Assembly (NCBI RefSeq): GCF_009914755.1
Contig: NC_060931.1
Direction: 5' to 3' (one strand)
From: the human T2T-CHM13v2.0 reference genome, Homo sapiens
Length of the DNA stretch: 64,000 bases
Numbering within the stretch: the first letter of the stretch is position 1; each line of letters starts with the position of its first letter. The notes under the pieces are model-generated. The model had not been told where the DNA came from and did no database searches. It saw only the letters and a program-made list of their open reading frames with translations. A program made the position numbers and the translations under genes. Positions 1-26,079 of this stretch are shown here, piece by piece.

Positions 1-165
<165 letters not shown>

Positions 166-1202
166 TAGGTAAATATTGAACTTTTGGCTGTTTTACCTAG
201 ATGTTGTGATTATATGTACTTTTTTTCCTACATGATCATTTCAGTATTTAAAGCTGTAGTGTGGTTGAACAGTGACTGATGATAATTTTTGAACTACGAT
301 AAACTAAAACAACATAAAAAAATGCAAAGATATATTCCGGTCTCTTGCTCATGTCTGTCTTGCTGAAAATCCTAAAACAATCTACTTCAAAGATTAACCA
401 ACAGCAATATAGGTTGGATATAGAAGGATATCAGTCAGGAATTCTGATTGATTGAGATTACAAGGAACCCTTTCCATCTGGGACTCATGATAATTCCTCA
501 TAACGTAATAGCCGGAATGGAGAAAGACCATGGTAACCATAGGAGAAACCCCTTCCTCTTTATTAGACAGTGTTAGATTGGGTCCTACATTATTGCCACC
601 ACTTTCAACACCCACTTTGTTGGTATTGGAATGGTATTGGAGGTCTCTTCTTTGGTTTGAGATTTGTATGCAGAATTAATATGACCCTTTGATAGGCGTT
701 GCTTCCCTGTAGTCTAGAAGTATGTTCATATCTGTAGGAGAACATTCCTAGTCTGTGTCCTACAATTATCAAAAACATTTATTGTTTATAACTTGAATAT
801 TTACTTAAGATATGAAAGATACACAGCAATTTCTCCCTATTATGTAGCAGATTTGATCTGAAACGGTATAAGACAGATACTTTTAAATGCACCAGGAAAT
901 GTGAACTCTAAAGACATCAAATTAATCTTGTGAATGCAGTAGTCACTCTCTTTTTATCTTTCTTTGTAAATTGGAATTTCTACCTTCCATTAATTGCCTT
1001 TGATTTAGGTGAGGTTATGGGGCAGGTAAAAATCTCATTAGCATAAACTAGCATAAGATAAGAGTGAATTGTGGAGTCAGACTGCCTATATTCAAATCTT
1101 GGCTTCACTATGTCTTTTAGAAGTTTCTTAGACTCTGTGTTCTTAAGTTTCTTCATCACTTTGCCTCTGAAGAGTAACAGATTATTGTCCTAAAATGTTG
1201 AC

Positions 1203-3223
<2,021 letters not shown>

Positions 3224-3414
3224 TAAGAGTACAGATTTTGGAACCAGACTTAAATTTATTTCTTCTCTGTGACTTACTAGCTTTTTAACCTCAGTTTTAT
3301 CTGTAAAAAGGTGATATGAAGACTGAAGGAGTTAATACATATAAAGTATATAGAATAGTGTCTTGTCATAGAAAAGTAGCGTTTGCTCAACCATTATTGC
3401 ACTCATCAAACCTA

Positions 3415-4162
<748 letters not shown>

Positions 4163-4377
4163 CTAGGGGTTGGGGTGGCAGTGGATAGCAGTATATGATT
4201 GAAAAACCTTCCCAGTTGATAACCACCAATAGATAGTTATAAGCCTTGTCATTAATGACATATTTTCCAGGTTGTGTTTGTGAAATAATTTGAAAAGAAT
4301 AATTTTCAAAATTGTAAGCTGATGCTTCTGAAGGCAGAAAGTAATTTATGGTAATGTACAATTATTTTAACTTTTAG

Positions 4378-4488
<111 letters not shown>

Positions 4489-4977
4489 TGAGTTCAAGTC
4501 TATAAATGTAATCTGTTGTTTGAAAATAGTTCCATAATGTCCCTGTAATAATTTAGGTATTGTCATTACTTTTATAGCTTTTTATTTTTATCTATCATGA
4601 ATCAGTTAAAAGTACTTGAAAACCAGAAGTTTAGTATCAGCCTCTATTACAGCATTGCTACTTTTCATTTCTACATTTTCCTTAATTATTATTGTAATGT
4701 AAATGTTCACAGTAATTATAACAAGTAACCCTAATTCAGCCATACAACACTGACCTTGTTTATGTGAGAATTTTTTTCTTCTTCTAGGGGATATAATTTT
4801 AGTCATACAGTTTATTTGGTTAATCAGTATGAATGAATAATTTGTCTTTTGCCCCTCAAAACAAAAGAAAATTTTCTTTGCAGTATAAATTAAAAGGGTT
4901 TGTTGGAGATCCTACAAAGAAACTCTAAGAACTATTTTTCTGAAATACTAGTAAAAAACTAATGATAAATCTCAGTA

Positions 4978-7893
<2,916 letters not shown>

Positions 7894-7957
7894 TATGGAA
7901 ACTTGTTTCAGTTTTTAAAAATTTAATAGAAAAATGTAAACAATAATACAAACACCC

Positions 7958-10616
<2,659 letters not shown>

Positions 10617-10804
10617 TGATACTCTTTTTAAATGAAGTTTTTAAAATGTTCATTATGTTTTCTCTTGGTGAAATCCCTTTTCCTTTAGTATCCCTTTCTA
10701 CTGATTATTGCAGTCAGATTTATCATATCATTTTAGTCCTTTCTCCTCTCGAAGGTAGGAGATTTAGCATAGTTCTTTGCTCAGTGCTTTGTGGGATTAC
10801 ATAT

Positions 10805-11500
10805 CCCATAGAGGTTAAGAATGTAATCTGTCTGGTTTCAAATCCCGGCTTGGTCACTGACTACGTAACCTTGGACCAATTTCTTCATCACTTTGTGCTG
10901 CATTACCTCACGTATATGAGAAGAAGAATAATACTCACCTAAAGTGCTTAATAAACAAAAGCTGTTGCCATCATTATTGTTTGTAGTTCTCTTGTCCTAA
11001 AATCAAACATCTAGAACGAGTTTCAAGCTAGTATCTGTTAATACCTGATTTGGGAGGCGGGAGGTAGGACCATAAATGTTTGAATTCTCTCCCTGGTTCA
11101 CAGAATTAGGAAGTTGGATTTGAATCTTTCTAGCAGTTTTAAAAGTAAATGAGTTAGGAATATTAGACACTTAATAAGTAAATTGTTCTTATTGTGAACA
11201 AACATTCAACTACTTAAAACATGCAAAGTGGGAGATTTGTATTATTGTTTTAACTGAGGTTTGGGCATTTGGCCTGTATCATAGAGATGAACTACATCTT
11301 AGCAGCTGTGGTAAAGATAAAGTGGTCAGAGTTGAGAAATATTGAAATGAAAAGTACATGCGCCTGAGAGTCATACAGACCTGGATCTAAATGCCGTCCT
11401 TTCCACTTACTAACTGTGTAACATTGGACAAGATGCTAATCCTCAGTGAGTTTTAATCTCACTTGTAAAATGGGGGCAATATCCTTACTGTGAAGATGAG
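10805..11500 (+). mobile_element. Two MIR fragments (about 10805-10960 and 11345-11500)
   Basis: TTCAAATCCCGGCT..CACTGACTACGTAACCTTGGAC; CCACTTACTAACTGTGTAACATTGGACAAG...TGTAAAATGGGG. Confidence 0.6.
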
Positions 11501-11837
11501 ACAGAGTGCAGTTATTTCTCAGGCTTCCATTTGAAAGAGGGAACACTTAGTATGGTGAAAAGGAAACATTAAATTTTATCAAGGTAGCTTTTTAAAGAAA
11601 CCCGGTTGTTGCTATCATTCTTTAAAGGGTAAGACAAACTAGTTGAGGTTCAGTATTTGTTATACTTAATGTTTCTTATGTAGGTCACATTTCAGTTCAG
11701 TATTTTATAAAGCACTCTGGGATACTGAAGTAATTATGGTTTCTGCCTTAATGTTTTGTGTAAACCACAGTATCATTTTGCTTTAAAAGACTCAAAGTTT
11801 TAATGTGTTTGTTTTTTTCTTCTTCTGTAATATATTA

Positions 11838-12451
11838 CATGTTGAGCATCCCTCATGCAAAAATCTGAAATCCAAAATCCTAAACTTTTTTTGTTTTTTT
11901 TCTGGATGCAGTCTCACTCTGTCACCCAGGCTGGAATGCAGTGGCACAATCTTGGCTCACTGCAACTTCTGCCTCCTGGGTTCAGGCAATTCTCCTGCCT
12001 TAGCCTATCGCGTAGCCAGGATTACAGGTGCCTGCCACCATGGCCAGGTAATTTTTGTATTTTTAGTAGAGACGGGGTTTCACCATGTTGGCCAGGCTGG
12101 TCTCAAGTGATCTGCCCGCCTTGGCCTCCCAAAGTTCTGGGATTACAGGCAAGAGCCACTGTGCCTGGCCATCCTAAACTTTTTGAGCACTGACATGATG
12201 CCACAAGTAGAAAATTCTACACCTGACCTCATATGATAGGTCACAGTCAAAGTGCAGTCAGAACTTTGTTTCAGGCACAGAATTAGTAAATATATTATAT
12301 AAAATTACTTTTAGCCTATATGAAACATGAGTGAATTTTGTGTTTAGACCTGAATCCCATTCCCCAAGATATCTCATTATATATATGCAAACATTCCAAA
12401 ATCCACAACCCTTCTGGTCCTAAGCATTTCAGGTAAGGCATGCTTAACCTG
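11838..12451. mobile_element. Tigger4/Zombi (MER46-type) MITE split by an antisense Alu (about 11885-12170)
   Basis: Termini ta|CATGTTGAGCATCCC ... GCATGCTTAACCTG|ta. The Alu is flanked by duplicated ATCCTAAACTTTT. Confidence 0.7.
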
Positions 12452-12665
12452 TACCAGTTATACTTATGATTGAAGGCCTAATATCTGGTCAGAAATCAAC
12501 ATCTAATTATTATATTATTTTAATGAAAAAAATTTTTTGTGGTAGTTAACTAGGAATGTAAATTACTAAAAAGGATTGCTTATAATTAATAGTAATTGCA
12601 TACAATTTTGTGGAGTTGCAGCTTAAAATGGATTAGAAAATTTCCAGTTTTGTTTTATATTTTGA

Positions 12666-12989
<324 letters not shown>

Positions 12990-13901
12990 TAAACAAAGGA
13001 AAATAATCTGTCATATTTTATCCTCTTCTTTGTTCTATGTATAATTGTTTAAAGTATTTTTAAGTCCATTCTGTCATTTAATGAAGTATTCATAAGTGTA
13101 AAATACAAGTTCTGCTAGAATTTGTACAGTATTTGTTGAATTATTAAGAAACAGCTCAGCAAGCAAATCCTTGCAGAATTGCAGACAAGATTTTCCTAAG
13201 ACTAGATAACTTTTAAAAATCTTCTAGATGGCACTTTATGTTCATAATAAATGTTCTTATTTAAAGTCTTAAGCTGCAAAATTTTCTTTCTTTAAACATG
13301 TGGATGCTGGTAATCTTATAAATTCTATAAGCATGTCACAATAACAGCAAATAAAATTTTTGAGAGAAAATTCACTAAGAACATATAAGGTAATTTTGGG
13401 GGTAAAGTCTGGCCAAAGTCTACCTGCCCCACCAGTAAATATATTGTTATATGTCCTCTATAAACAAAAAACAGGAGGGATCATTAAAATGTGAAAATTA
13501 AGTAAGGTTTTGCTCATTTCCAGGGGCCTATCTTCTAGAAATGATTTCCCTTAAACTTTCAACTGAACAAACACTTATTGAGCACTGGGTATTTGTGGGT
13601 TTTTCTGAAATAATTTATATGTTTATGTTTTGGGAACTTTATAAATGTAAGGCCATGCTACCATATTTGACCTATATTGATAAAAACTTGATTGGCTAAA
13701 ATTTAAAAAGCGAAAGTATTTGATTGCATAATTTTGAAAAGTATCTTGAATTAGGAAACCAGTTTTAAATTTCTTAAATAATTTAAATAGGCTGTGTACA
13801 TGTTGAATTTGTTGTGGTTGAAAGACATTAAAATAGTTTAATGTCACTAGTTGTATAGATGGAATAATAGTTTGTATAAAGAAGTCATTTCCATTTTTCA
13901 G

Positions 13902-14000
13902 GAACCAGATTTTATTGATGATATAGAAGAAAAAACTCCTATTAGTAATGAAGTAGAAATGGAATCAGAGGAGCAGATTGCAGAAAGGAAAAGGAAGATG
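13902..14000 (+). CDS. KMT2E: KMT2E exon ([33 protein letters not shown])
   Basis: Acceptor ccatttttcag| and donor ATG|gtaagt. 99 nt, phase 0/0. Confidence 0.95.
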
Positions 14001-14108
14001 GTAAGTTGGGAAGCCAGTAGTTTGGGCTTAGTGACAGCTGCTCTGCATATGGTAATTGTTGCTGCCTTTACATGGGCTTTTACATTATTCTTTGAAGTTA
14101 GCGAATGA
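14001..14108 (+). CDS. KMT2E: Alternative KMT2E C-terminus by intron read-through ([35 protein letters not shown]); short, about 609-aa isoform
   Basis: In-frame for 35 codons to TGA. AATAAA at 14152-14157 with a GU/U-rich element downstream. Matches my recollection of the short MLL5 isoform. Confidence 0.75.
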   Translation, partial: VSWEASSLGLVTAALHMVIVAAFTWAFTLFFEVSE

Positions 14109-14826
14109 TGTGCCATTGAGCATTTTTATTTGGTTTGGTCATTGCCATTTAAATAAATTCCATTAATCTTGTATTTTTATTGGTTGTTCATTAGAGATTT
14201 AAGAATGTATGACATTTAAGAAATATGAACATTTTGGAAGTAATAATATTTTAATAATGCCACACTGAACTATTAATAAATTTTAATGCCACAATTACTG
14301 TTCAGAATGTCTTTTATTAGCTAAATGTATCCTCTCATGATTTGAAATATAATAAAAGTACAAATTTAAACCTTACTATAGCACCAAATAAATTGCTTAT
14401 GCAAAAAAAAAAAAAAACCTACCACTGGTAGCTATTTCTACAGTCTCACACTGCTATCGTACAATAAGGTTCTCATTAAAATAAATTTAGGATATATATT
14501 CCTTGTACTATTTACAAATCTTTTATCTGTATAAAAATTAGGACAGGATATTTTCTTACAAATTATGGTAATTTAGCATTTGATCTGTCAGTGAAGGTAA
14601 TTTAGCATTTGATATATCAGCCAGTTAAGAAAATATGGTATACTTTCCATGCCCTAAAATTTGAAAATGACTTTACAAACTGACTGATGGCCTTATGATA
14701 GGTGCTCCCCATTCCCCTTTACTTTGTATGGTCCTTTGTGTCCTGTTTTCAGGGTTTCTATGTTGTATTCCATGGACTCTCACGTCACATATTTAAGGGT
14801 GGGATGTTTGAAAGGTTGGTCATTGT

Positions 14827-16440
<1,614 letters not shown>

Positions 16441-17084
16441 TTACTTACTTGGAATCCATTTTTGGTCCTGATTTTGCTTATTAGTATGCTATAGTAAGAT
16501 GAAGAATACTTCAAAGTTTTTATATCCATTTTAATATATTCTGTCATCTGCCACTAAGGTGGATATGAAACTGAGTATTTTTCATGGGAATAAAATGTGG
16601 AAAACTTGCAAAGTATAAATGTCTTTAATTTGGTATTTCGAAAGGATATGAAATTAAAATCTAAAAATCCTTGGCTGCTGACCCATAGCTCTCCAAGTTA
16701 TCACAATTGTTACTTCTAATTAGTTCATTTGCTTTGATGTTTGCATTACAGAATTTTTTGATGTAGTCAAATAAGCAGAATGAAAAATCATGCATCCTAG
16801 GATTCCTAAGCAATTAGTAGAGTTCCCCACCCCCAAGTATTAGTATTATATTTGGTTTTGAAAAGTTTAAAATGAATCACCTTTTATTTTCCTAGTCTTG
16901 ATTTTTATATTGGTTAGATTAACATCAGTAGTCAGAAAGATAACGTCAAGTCAAAAAGTGACAAAGAGGGACAACTAATACTAGGTAGAATAAAGATGGT
17001 AGCATACTACTCTTGAGAAACTTACGTCAAACTGATTTAAATTTCCACCTGTGACAAGATAGACTTCCAAACCATTATGGAGAT

Positions 17085-17280
17085 ACAGGTTGAGTATTAC
17101 TTTTCCAGGACCAGAAATTTTCCAGGATTAATATTTTGGAATATTTGCATTGCACTTACCAGTTGAACATCCCAAATCCAAAAATCTGAAATGCTCCAAT
17201 AAGCGTTTCCTTTGAGCACCATGTTGGCCATCAAAAAGTTCTGGATTTCAGAGCATTTCAGATTTAAGATGTTCACCTAG
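17085..17280. mobile_element. Tigger4a/MER46-type MITE fragment
   Basis: Begins taCAGGTTGAGTAT; contains ATCCCAAATCCAAAAATCTGAAATGCTCC. Confidence 0.65.
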
Positions 17281-17373
17281 ACTCGGTATCATGTATTTAT
17301 CAGATTGGAATACGACGAGTCAGTAATAACATCCTCCCAGATAAACTCCATGTAATCACCAAATTTAAATGTA

Positions 17374-17635
17374 CAGTAGTCCCTCCTTACCTGCAAGTTT
17401 GCTTTCCCAGGTTTCAGTTACCCACTGAGGTTCACAATATTAAGATATTTTGAGAGAGATATCACATTCACATAACTGTCATTACAGTATATGGTTATAA
17501 TTGTTCCATTTTGTTATAGTTACATATGTATAGCAAAAAACAGCACTGTATATATAGGGTTCAGTACTATCTGCAGTTTCAGGCATGCTTTGGTGGTCTT
17601 GAAATGTATCCCTTGTGAATAAGTGGGATCTACTG
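17374..17635. mobile_element. MER44/Tigger7-type MITE
   Basis: TIRs taCAGTAGTCCCTCCTTA ... TAAGTGGGATCTACTGta. Confidence 0.7.
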
Positions 17636-18659
17636 TACTTCACCCTATCCTTTTGTAGTACAGCTTGAAAAATACAAAATTGGCAATTTTAACCTGTATA
17701 CATAATTTCATATACCACTGATTAAAATCATGCTGAATTTCCAAAAAGTGCACCAGGGTATTTATGTATTTTGGTTGTTGGCTTCATTTTTTTAAATGAG
17801 AATGGAAGATAAGGCAGTATCTCTGCTTTTAGAAGTATTCACAAAAATAAATACAACTCAGCAATAAGTGAAGGAAATATAAATATGATACATAGCTTAT
17901 AGCTGGAGAGAGATCAGATTGTCTCATGAACTCTAGGTAATACATGTTTATATTTATGTATATTTAATATATTTTTGTATTTATATTTATGATGGACCTT
18001 TTGAGTAGGGTTTAACCAAATACAGGTTAGCTTATGACAAAGTTTCATGGAATGTATTTTTCCAGGGGGAAATCTTGGAGAGAGCTGTAAATATATTTGG
18101 TTGGGATTATAGGCTGTTTTTGGAGGAGGAGAGGGCTACTAGGGAGATAAAGTTGGCTATAGGTCACACAAAATACTCAGGGATGAAGATTTCATGAAAG
18201 AATATTTATGTGGCCAAGATGGAAGGCCTTTTCATTTCCAGTTCCATTACCTCTACCCCTTTTGGCCTTTTGGATTTTTCTTTTATGAACATTTTCTTTT
18301 TCCATCCATGATATTTTGTCTTTTTTATCCTTAAGAAGTCGTTACCTGCTTTTACAAAAGCAAATTTGTGGCTAAGTTATGTGGAACTGCATGGTTATTG
18401 TACGTTAGGAAAATCTTACCATAAGCCCAGTAGACTGAAATACAGTAGACTGTTTATACTCACTAGATTCCAAAAACCAGGGCACTACTGAGTGTCCTCC
18501 TAGTATATTTGTGGAGGTGGGGCTAGATGGCTGTAATCTTCTCATATAAACAGTACATGTGGAAGGGGATTAGATACTGGGGGGTATACCTGTAGCTTAA
18601 AGTGATCATTTTAAAAGCAGCAAACTTCTGAAAGATTTAAATACTAAAAGAGACTTGTT

Positions 18660-18957
18660 GCTGGGCTTGGTGGCTCACGCCTGCAACCCCAGCACTTTGG
18701 GAGGCCAAGGTGGGTGGATCACTTGAGTCCACGAGTTCGAGACCAGACTGGGTGACATGGCAAAACTCCATCTCTACTAAAAATACAAAAATTAGCCAGG
18801 CATGGTGGCACATGCCTATAATCCCAGCTACTTGGGAGGCTGAGGCATGAGAACCACTTGAACCCAGAAGAGGAGGCTGCAGTGAGCCAAGATGGCATCA
18901 CTGCACTCCAGCCTGGGTGACAGTGAAAGGCTCAAAAAAAAAAAAAAAAAAAAAAAA
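18660..18957 (+). mobile_element. Alu
   Basis: Alu dimer with a long poly-A tail. Confidence 0.92.
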
Positions 18958-20054
18958 GACACTTCCTCCCCCATTTATAATGGCATGAAAACTGTCTCCT
19001 TTGTAGTTTTAAAATATTTCCAAAATAATTTTTCATAACCCTCATAATGTACTTTGGGAATACAATCTTGGTAATATTTGATGGCCTATATTATCAGATT
19101 GCTTAAAATTGAGTCCACAGAAGATGATTCAGTGTGGTCTTCATATTTAAAAGGACGGACATTTGAGAAACGGTGAAAGGGTATGACAAGGAAGTCACGT
19201 AGGCAAGAGATTCCTGGACTTGTCAAGCAGGTATTATAGTCTAGTCTGGAATTTTTATACCACCACAACATAAACTTCATGAGGGAAAAAACTTTCAGTT
19301 TTATTCATTGTTGTAGCCCTAGCTCCTAGGGGAATAAAAAATGGTGGGCAAAAAAGTAGACCATCAATAAATGAGCTAACTGAATGTTTATAACAACCAC
19401 TTGAGGAAAGATAGACAGACAGATACAGGCCCATGAATGTGAACTGAATGAAGCTTCCCTGTAGTTCAGGTAATGGATGATCTGGAGGCCTTGCCCTGAA
19501 TTGTGCAGGATTCCCCACAATTTTCTCGGCTTTCATCCTTCACATCAAGTATTCCACGCAAGTATAATTTGAGATGCTTTGTGAAAAAGAGCCGTGACCA
19601 GTTTACTGTGATGAGCACTATACTATATTCTTCCTTTTCAGATTACCAGTGTACATGTGTTTAAAAACTTGACACAATTGTCAGATTTTCCTAAACTTGT
19701 ATACCCTTGCAGTTTCTTGTGGATAACACCTTTGACCCCCACAGAGTGTTATTCAGTGGAACAGACTCTGTGGGAAAACACTGCAGAATCCATGCTGTTA
19801 CTAAATGTCTCTAGGAAAACTTGACTGACTTCATTTAGAAAATCACTTTAGAATATGCAATGCTTTAATAATAAAATAGGATAAGTTTGTTGCCAGAAAA
19901 GTCATCTGGTGACAGGATTTGAGATGTTATCCAACTCCCTGTTCTGTCCTCCGTTGATGCTGATTTTTTTTGTAAGGTCCTGTTTTCTCTAATTGTAGAG
20001 ACTGGGAATTTTATTTCTAAAGATAAGTAATTAATGACATTGTGGTGTTAGTGA

Positions 20055-21424
<1,370 letters not shown>

Positions 21425-24110
21425 GATGGGGATATTATTAAGCAGACTGCTTATAGGAAATTACAATGCTTGGTATTTACTCTTGGAAAACCATAAACTA
21501 AGACATATGTCATAAAAACAATGTATAGATTTCATGGGAAATCTATCGAGTTTAGATTATATAGCACAGGTGTTAGGGGCTATGGAAAGTCTGCAGGGGT
21601 TAATTAGGAATCCTAATTTCTCTATCTCCAGAGTCAGCTCTAACTACCTCAAAGAATAAAACTTATTTTTCAGTTAGAGCTATAAAATGGGAGGCAAATT
21701 TTGTCTTTAAATAGGTACCATATACATGGCTGTGTCAAAGAATGTACTGTATGTAATGGTGACTAGAAAAGCTGAATGATGTATGACCTTTAAGAAATTA
21801 AAAATAAATGTAGAAAATCAGGCACGTTTATGTTCCAAAATATTTGTGTATTTTAAGATAAAGCTAGGTCTAAAGCTGTTAGGAAATGTTTAGTGCTTAA
21901 GCTTTATTCTTACCCAGCTGTAGTAATGTAGGAAGAGTTTTGCTTTATGTAGCGGCAGTAATTGGAAAGAAGAGTAATACAGAAACCAGGAAACCTGCAT
22001 AACCTGCATAGTAATTATGGCTCTGCTTTTGAATGAGTCACTTAATACACATGGGCTTTGGTTTCTTCAGCAGTATTGGACCACATTATTTTTTAAGATC
22101 CTGATCAACTCTAGAAGATTATGAACCATCTCTAAATACAGGATTTTGCTCTGACTATAAATTAGCTGTAGTGTTTACAGGGGAGTTTGATTTTTTAATT
22201 GAATGTTTATATCATATAGTTTTATCTCTGACCAAAACAAGAAAATATTTCTTGTATCCCAAACAAGAAAATATTGGACTATGTCAGACTCTGTTGGCAT
22301 AAATTCATATTTACCTTACAACACCCAGGATAATCATACTACAAAAAATATCTTCCTTGGGTGCCCACCTGTGGGTAGTTTTTTATTTTACACATACAAT
22401 GATTTTTGCCAAGACAAGTTTGTTTCTTCTGGAAAAATGTACTTTCCCCAAATTTTTTATTTTAAATTTTTTGAAAAGAAATAACCATAGTAATTAATCC
22501 CTCCTCTCCAACCAGGTTCATCAGGTAAAGCGCAGTTTGGGAAAATGATCTTTTTAGTTACTCCAAATTTCTCCTCTTCTACATTCAGGGTTTTAGAGAA
22601 GCCCTGATAAAAACAGTTTTACAGAGAACCACAAGACAAAAAGGGGTAAAGGTAATTTAAAAGCCCAAAAATAAGGAATTTTGTAAGGAAAGAACTCAGC
22701 TGTAAAACTTTCAGTGCCAGTGAACAAGTAGAACCATCTTTTGCATGTGCTATTGTAGTGTTTGCCCGTCCCAGACTAGGAGAAGTGAGATACAGATACG
22801 TAATCCATGAACAAAGAACCTTACCTCTTTGGACCTCAGTTTCCTCAGAGTCATGTTTGCAATATGGAAATTTGCTGTAACAAATTAGAAACTTAGAAGT
22901 ATTATTAGAGTACTTTTGTTGACATAGTATTTTGTTCCCTTGCTGAGTGTAACAACAACAACAAAAATACAGGAACAGGTAAACAGTAGTTTCCAAAGTG
23001 TAGGTATCTTGAGGCTTGAATCTCTGCTGGTAATTACTGGAACTAAAGCTCCAATATTGAGAAGACTGTGGCATCCAGACCTTGAGTTTCTGATCTTTCT
23101 TCCTCACATCGATGTGTAATAAAGGAGGAAAGACAAATGGATCTGAGCCTCAGGACCTGTGGTTCTTTTCATTTTAAGAACTGGACAGTTGATGGATGTG
23201 GTTCCTGGTTCTGGTTTAGAGCTGAAGCATCTGTCAAGGCTCTGGGTCTTACTCTTAATGTTCTCTTTGGATAGAGAACTGATGCTCAAAGGAACACTTG
23301 GCTGTTTCTCAGTCCCTGTCTTGAATTGTCAGTGAAGACAGGAAGAGCAGAAGGTAGAGGAATACTTTATAAGAATTACAATGGAGGGCAAGAGGACTAA
23401 AGTAGAAATAATAATTAACATACAGAACGCCCACCATTTTCCAACTACTGTTTGAAAACCTCGTATTTTCTGTTGGAACCAAATAACAACTCAGAGAAGT
23501 TCATCATAAATGAACTTCTTGCCAGACTTGAAAAGAGAGAAGAGAACAAGCTTTGGAAAGGATTTTATTACCCACATCTTACTGTCTCAGAAAGGTTAAC
23601 TTGCCTGGAGTCACAGAGATACTTACCAAATGAGAATCATAATTTTTAAATGCAAGACTTTACCTCACAACATCCTGCTGCAGTATGCCAATAATATACT
23701 CACTCAAGTGCATATGAATTTTACCTTTTCAACATATCATTACCTTAGGGATTTTGGATCTTTTTTTAAAAGGCTGATTTCTGTATTATTAAGAGAAAAG
23801 ATTTTCGGTTTGGTAAAACAAGGTAATTTTTGAGGCTTTTTTGTTTTGTTTTACCCTTATCATTAACACTCAGTCATCCAAGTGTTTCCTTCATGAAATA
23901 TTTGCAATAACAGGGCTTACCAAGATGATGGGAATTCTGAAAGGTCTTCAATGAACAGAAATGTTTTTTCTCCCCATATCCACCAATAATAGAAGTAGTT
24001 TGCTGATAGTATCATAGCAATTATTTTTTACATTTATCACAAACATTTGGACTTAATTTTACTTTTGAGCATTGATATTTTTGATGTCACTTAAAATTTA
24101 AATTTCATAG

Positions 24111-24305
<195 letters not shown>

Positions 24306-24571
24306 TAAACACTTTAAAATAAAATGTCTATACTTGCATTAATTACTTATAAGGAATTTAAAATAATGTCTATTAGCTTTTTAATAGCATTTTTCAGATC
24401 CTATGGGAGTTTCAGCTTGAGATAAAAGACTATATATTATCTCTGTTCTTTATTATATATCAGAATTCAAAAATTCCAGAAAGTTGGCTTCTGAAGTAGA
24501 ATAATGCTATTATATTTAAACTTTATATATATGTAGTATAAAAACTTCCATTCGCTTGTATTTTGAATTAG

Positions 24572-24883
<312 letters not shown>

Positions 24884-26079
24884 TGATTCTAATGAATGTA
24901 AGAACTGTTTTTCTAACAGTTTCTTATATTAATTATATTGTTGTTTTAAAAATTGGATTTTTAAGACCTCATAATAATAAGACGCAGTTTTTATACTTGC
25001 AGATTTTAAAACTAAGAATGAGAATTCCAAAACTGTAAAATTAATATAAATGTTTGCATTACTGTGAAGATAAAGTTACATTCAGTTTATCAGGACTTTT
25101 ATGGTATTGCAATTCATGATTTCTTTAAATAAGTTTGTCTACTTTATGTACAAAATATATACTTCTCTGAAACTGGTTTTAGATGTGTTATCCTTTATAT
25201 TTTTATAAATTTCATTGTATAGGTAGATTATAAGAATTAAATGTGAAGAAATTGATTTCCACAGAATGTACTATGAAAATTTGTAAGAAAGAGTAGTTTT
25301 AGGTGTAATTATTAATAAAAATCTCTGAAACACTACTGTCAGACTTAAGCAATTACGGTAAACAGCCTGAGCTTTTTCAGATCAGAAATAACAGAACATC
25401 CTAATGAAGCTGCTCTTTGTCTCCCACTCTGACTGGAGTACAGCAGATTGGGGCAGAGATACTAAAGTGTGGTAATCCTTATGCTGTTTAGGGGTAGATC
25501 ATGAATGTATACTTCTCACACACTTTACTTTGAAATTTCATTTATTCTGTCTTTGTTCTTACCTAATTCAGTACAGTTTGTAGGCATGCTGCTAAACCAT
25601 GACATGTACGTTTAGTAAAATTCTAGTATGAACCCAGGATTATATTTTAATAGCACAAGTTAAATAATTTACTTGCCAAAGTCGCAGGTTTCATTAGAGA
25701 CAATCTAAACACAGTTGTTTCTAATTAAAAGTCTGTACTCTCCTTACTGCACCGCCATAGCTTAAGCAACCCAATATTTGCCTGTAACAATGGACAAAAA
25801 AATTCTAACTTTGTAAAGTGAAAAGAAAAAACCTCAGGCTTAAAAGAAGTGAAACTACTTTCTCAATTACAAATATGACATAATCCCTACCTTTTATTAA
25901 ACTTTTAACAAAGTTGTGGTACGATAAATTTATTTAAATCCCTGGTCTGAGATGTAGGCTTCTACATCCTATCTGATTCTCTTAAAAAGCCTCTTTTGCC
26001 TGCAGATTTTGTTATTTTAAACAACATACTGTTTGACAGAGTACCAAATTATCATGATTTCCCCTAAAGGCCTCATTCA

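Noticed and set aside
394-720. Non-repetitive-looking intronic stretch with a 73-aa - strand ORF
   Set aside because: I could not recognise a protein, RNA gene or convincing splice-site pair, so it is left unassigned.
19620-19980. Strong-looking acceptor (ttccttttcag at about 19641) as a cryptic or poison exon
   Set aside because: No convincing paired donor was identified by eye.
22619-23107. 162-aa - strand ORF
   Set aside because: It overlaps MIR-like and simple sequence, has a non-ATG start and shows no recognisable domain.
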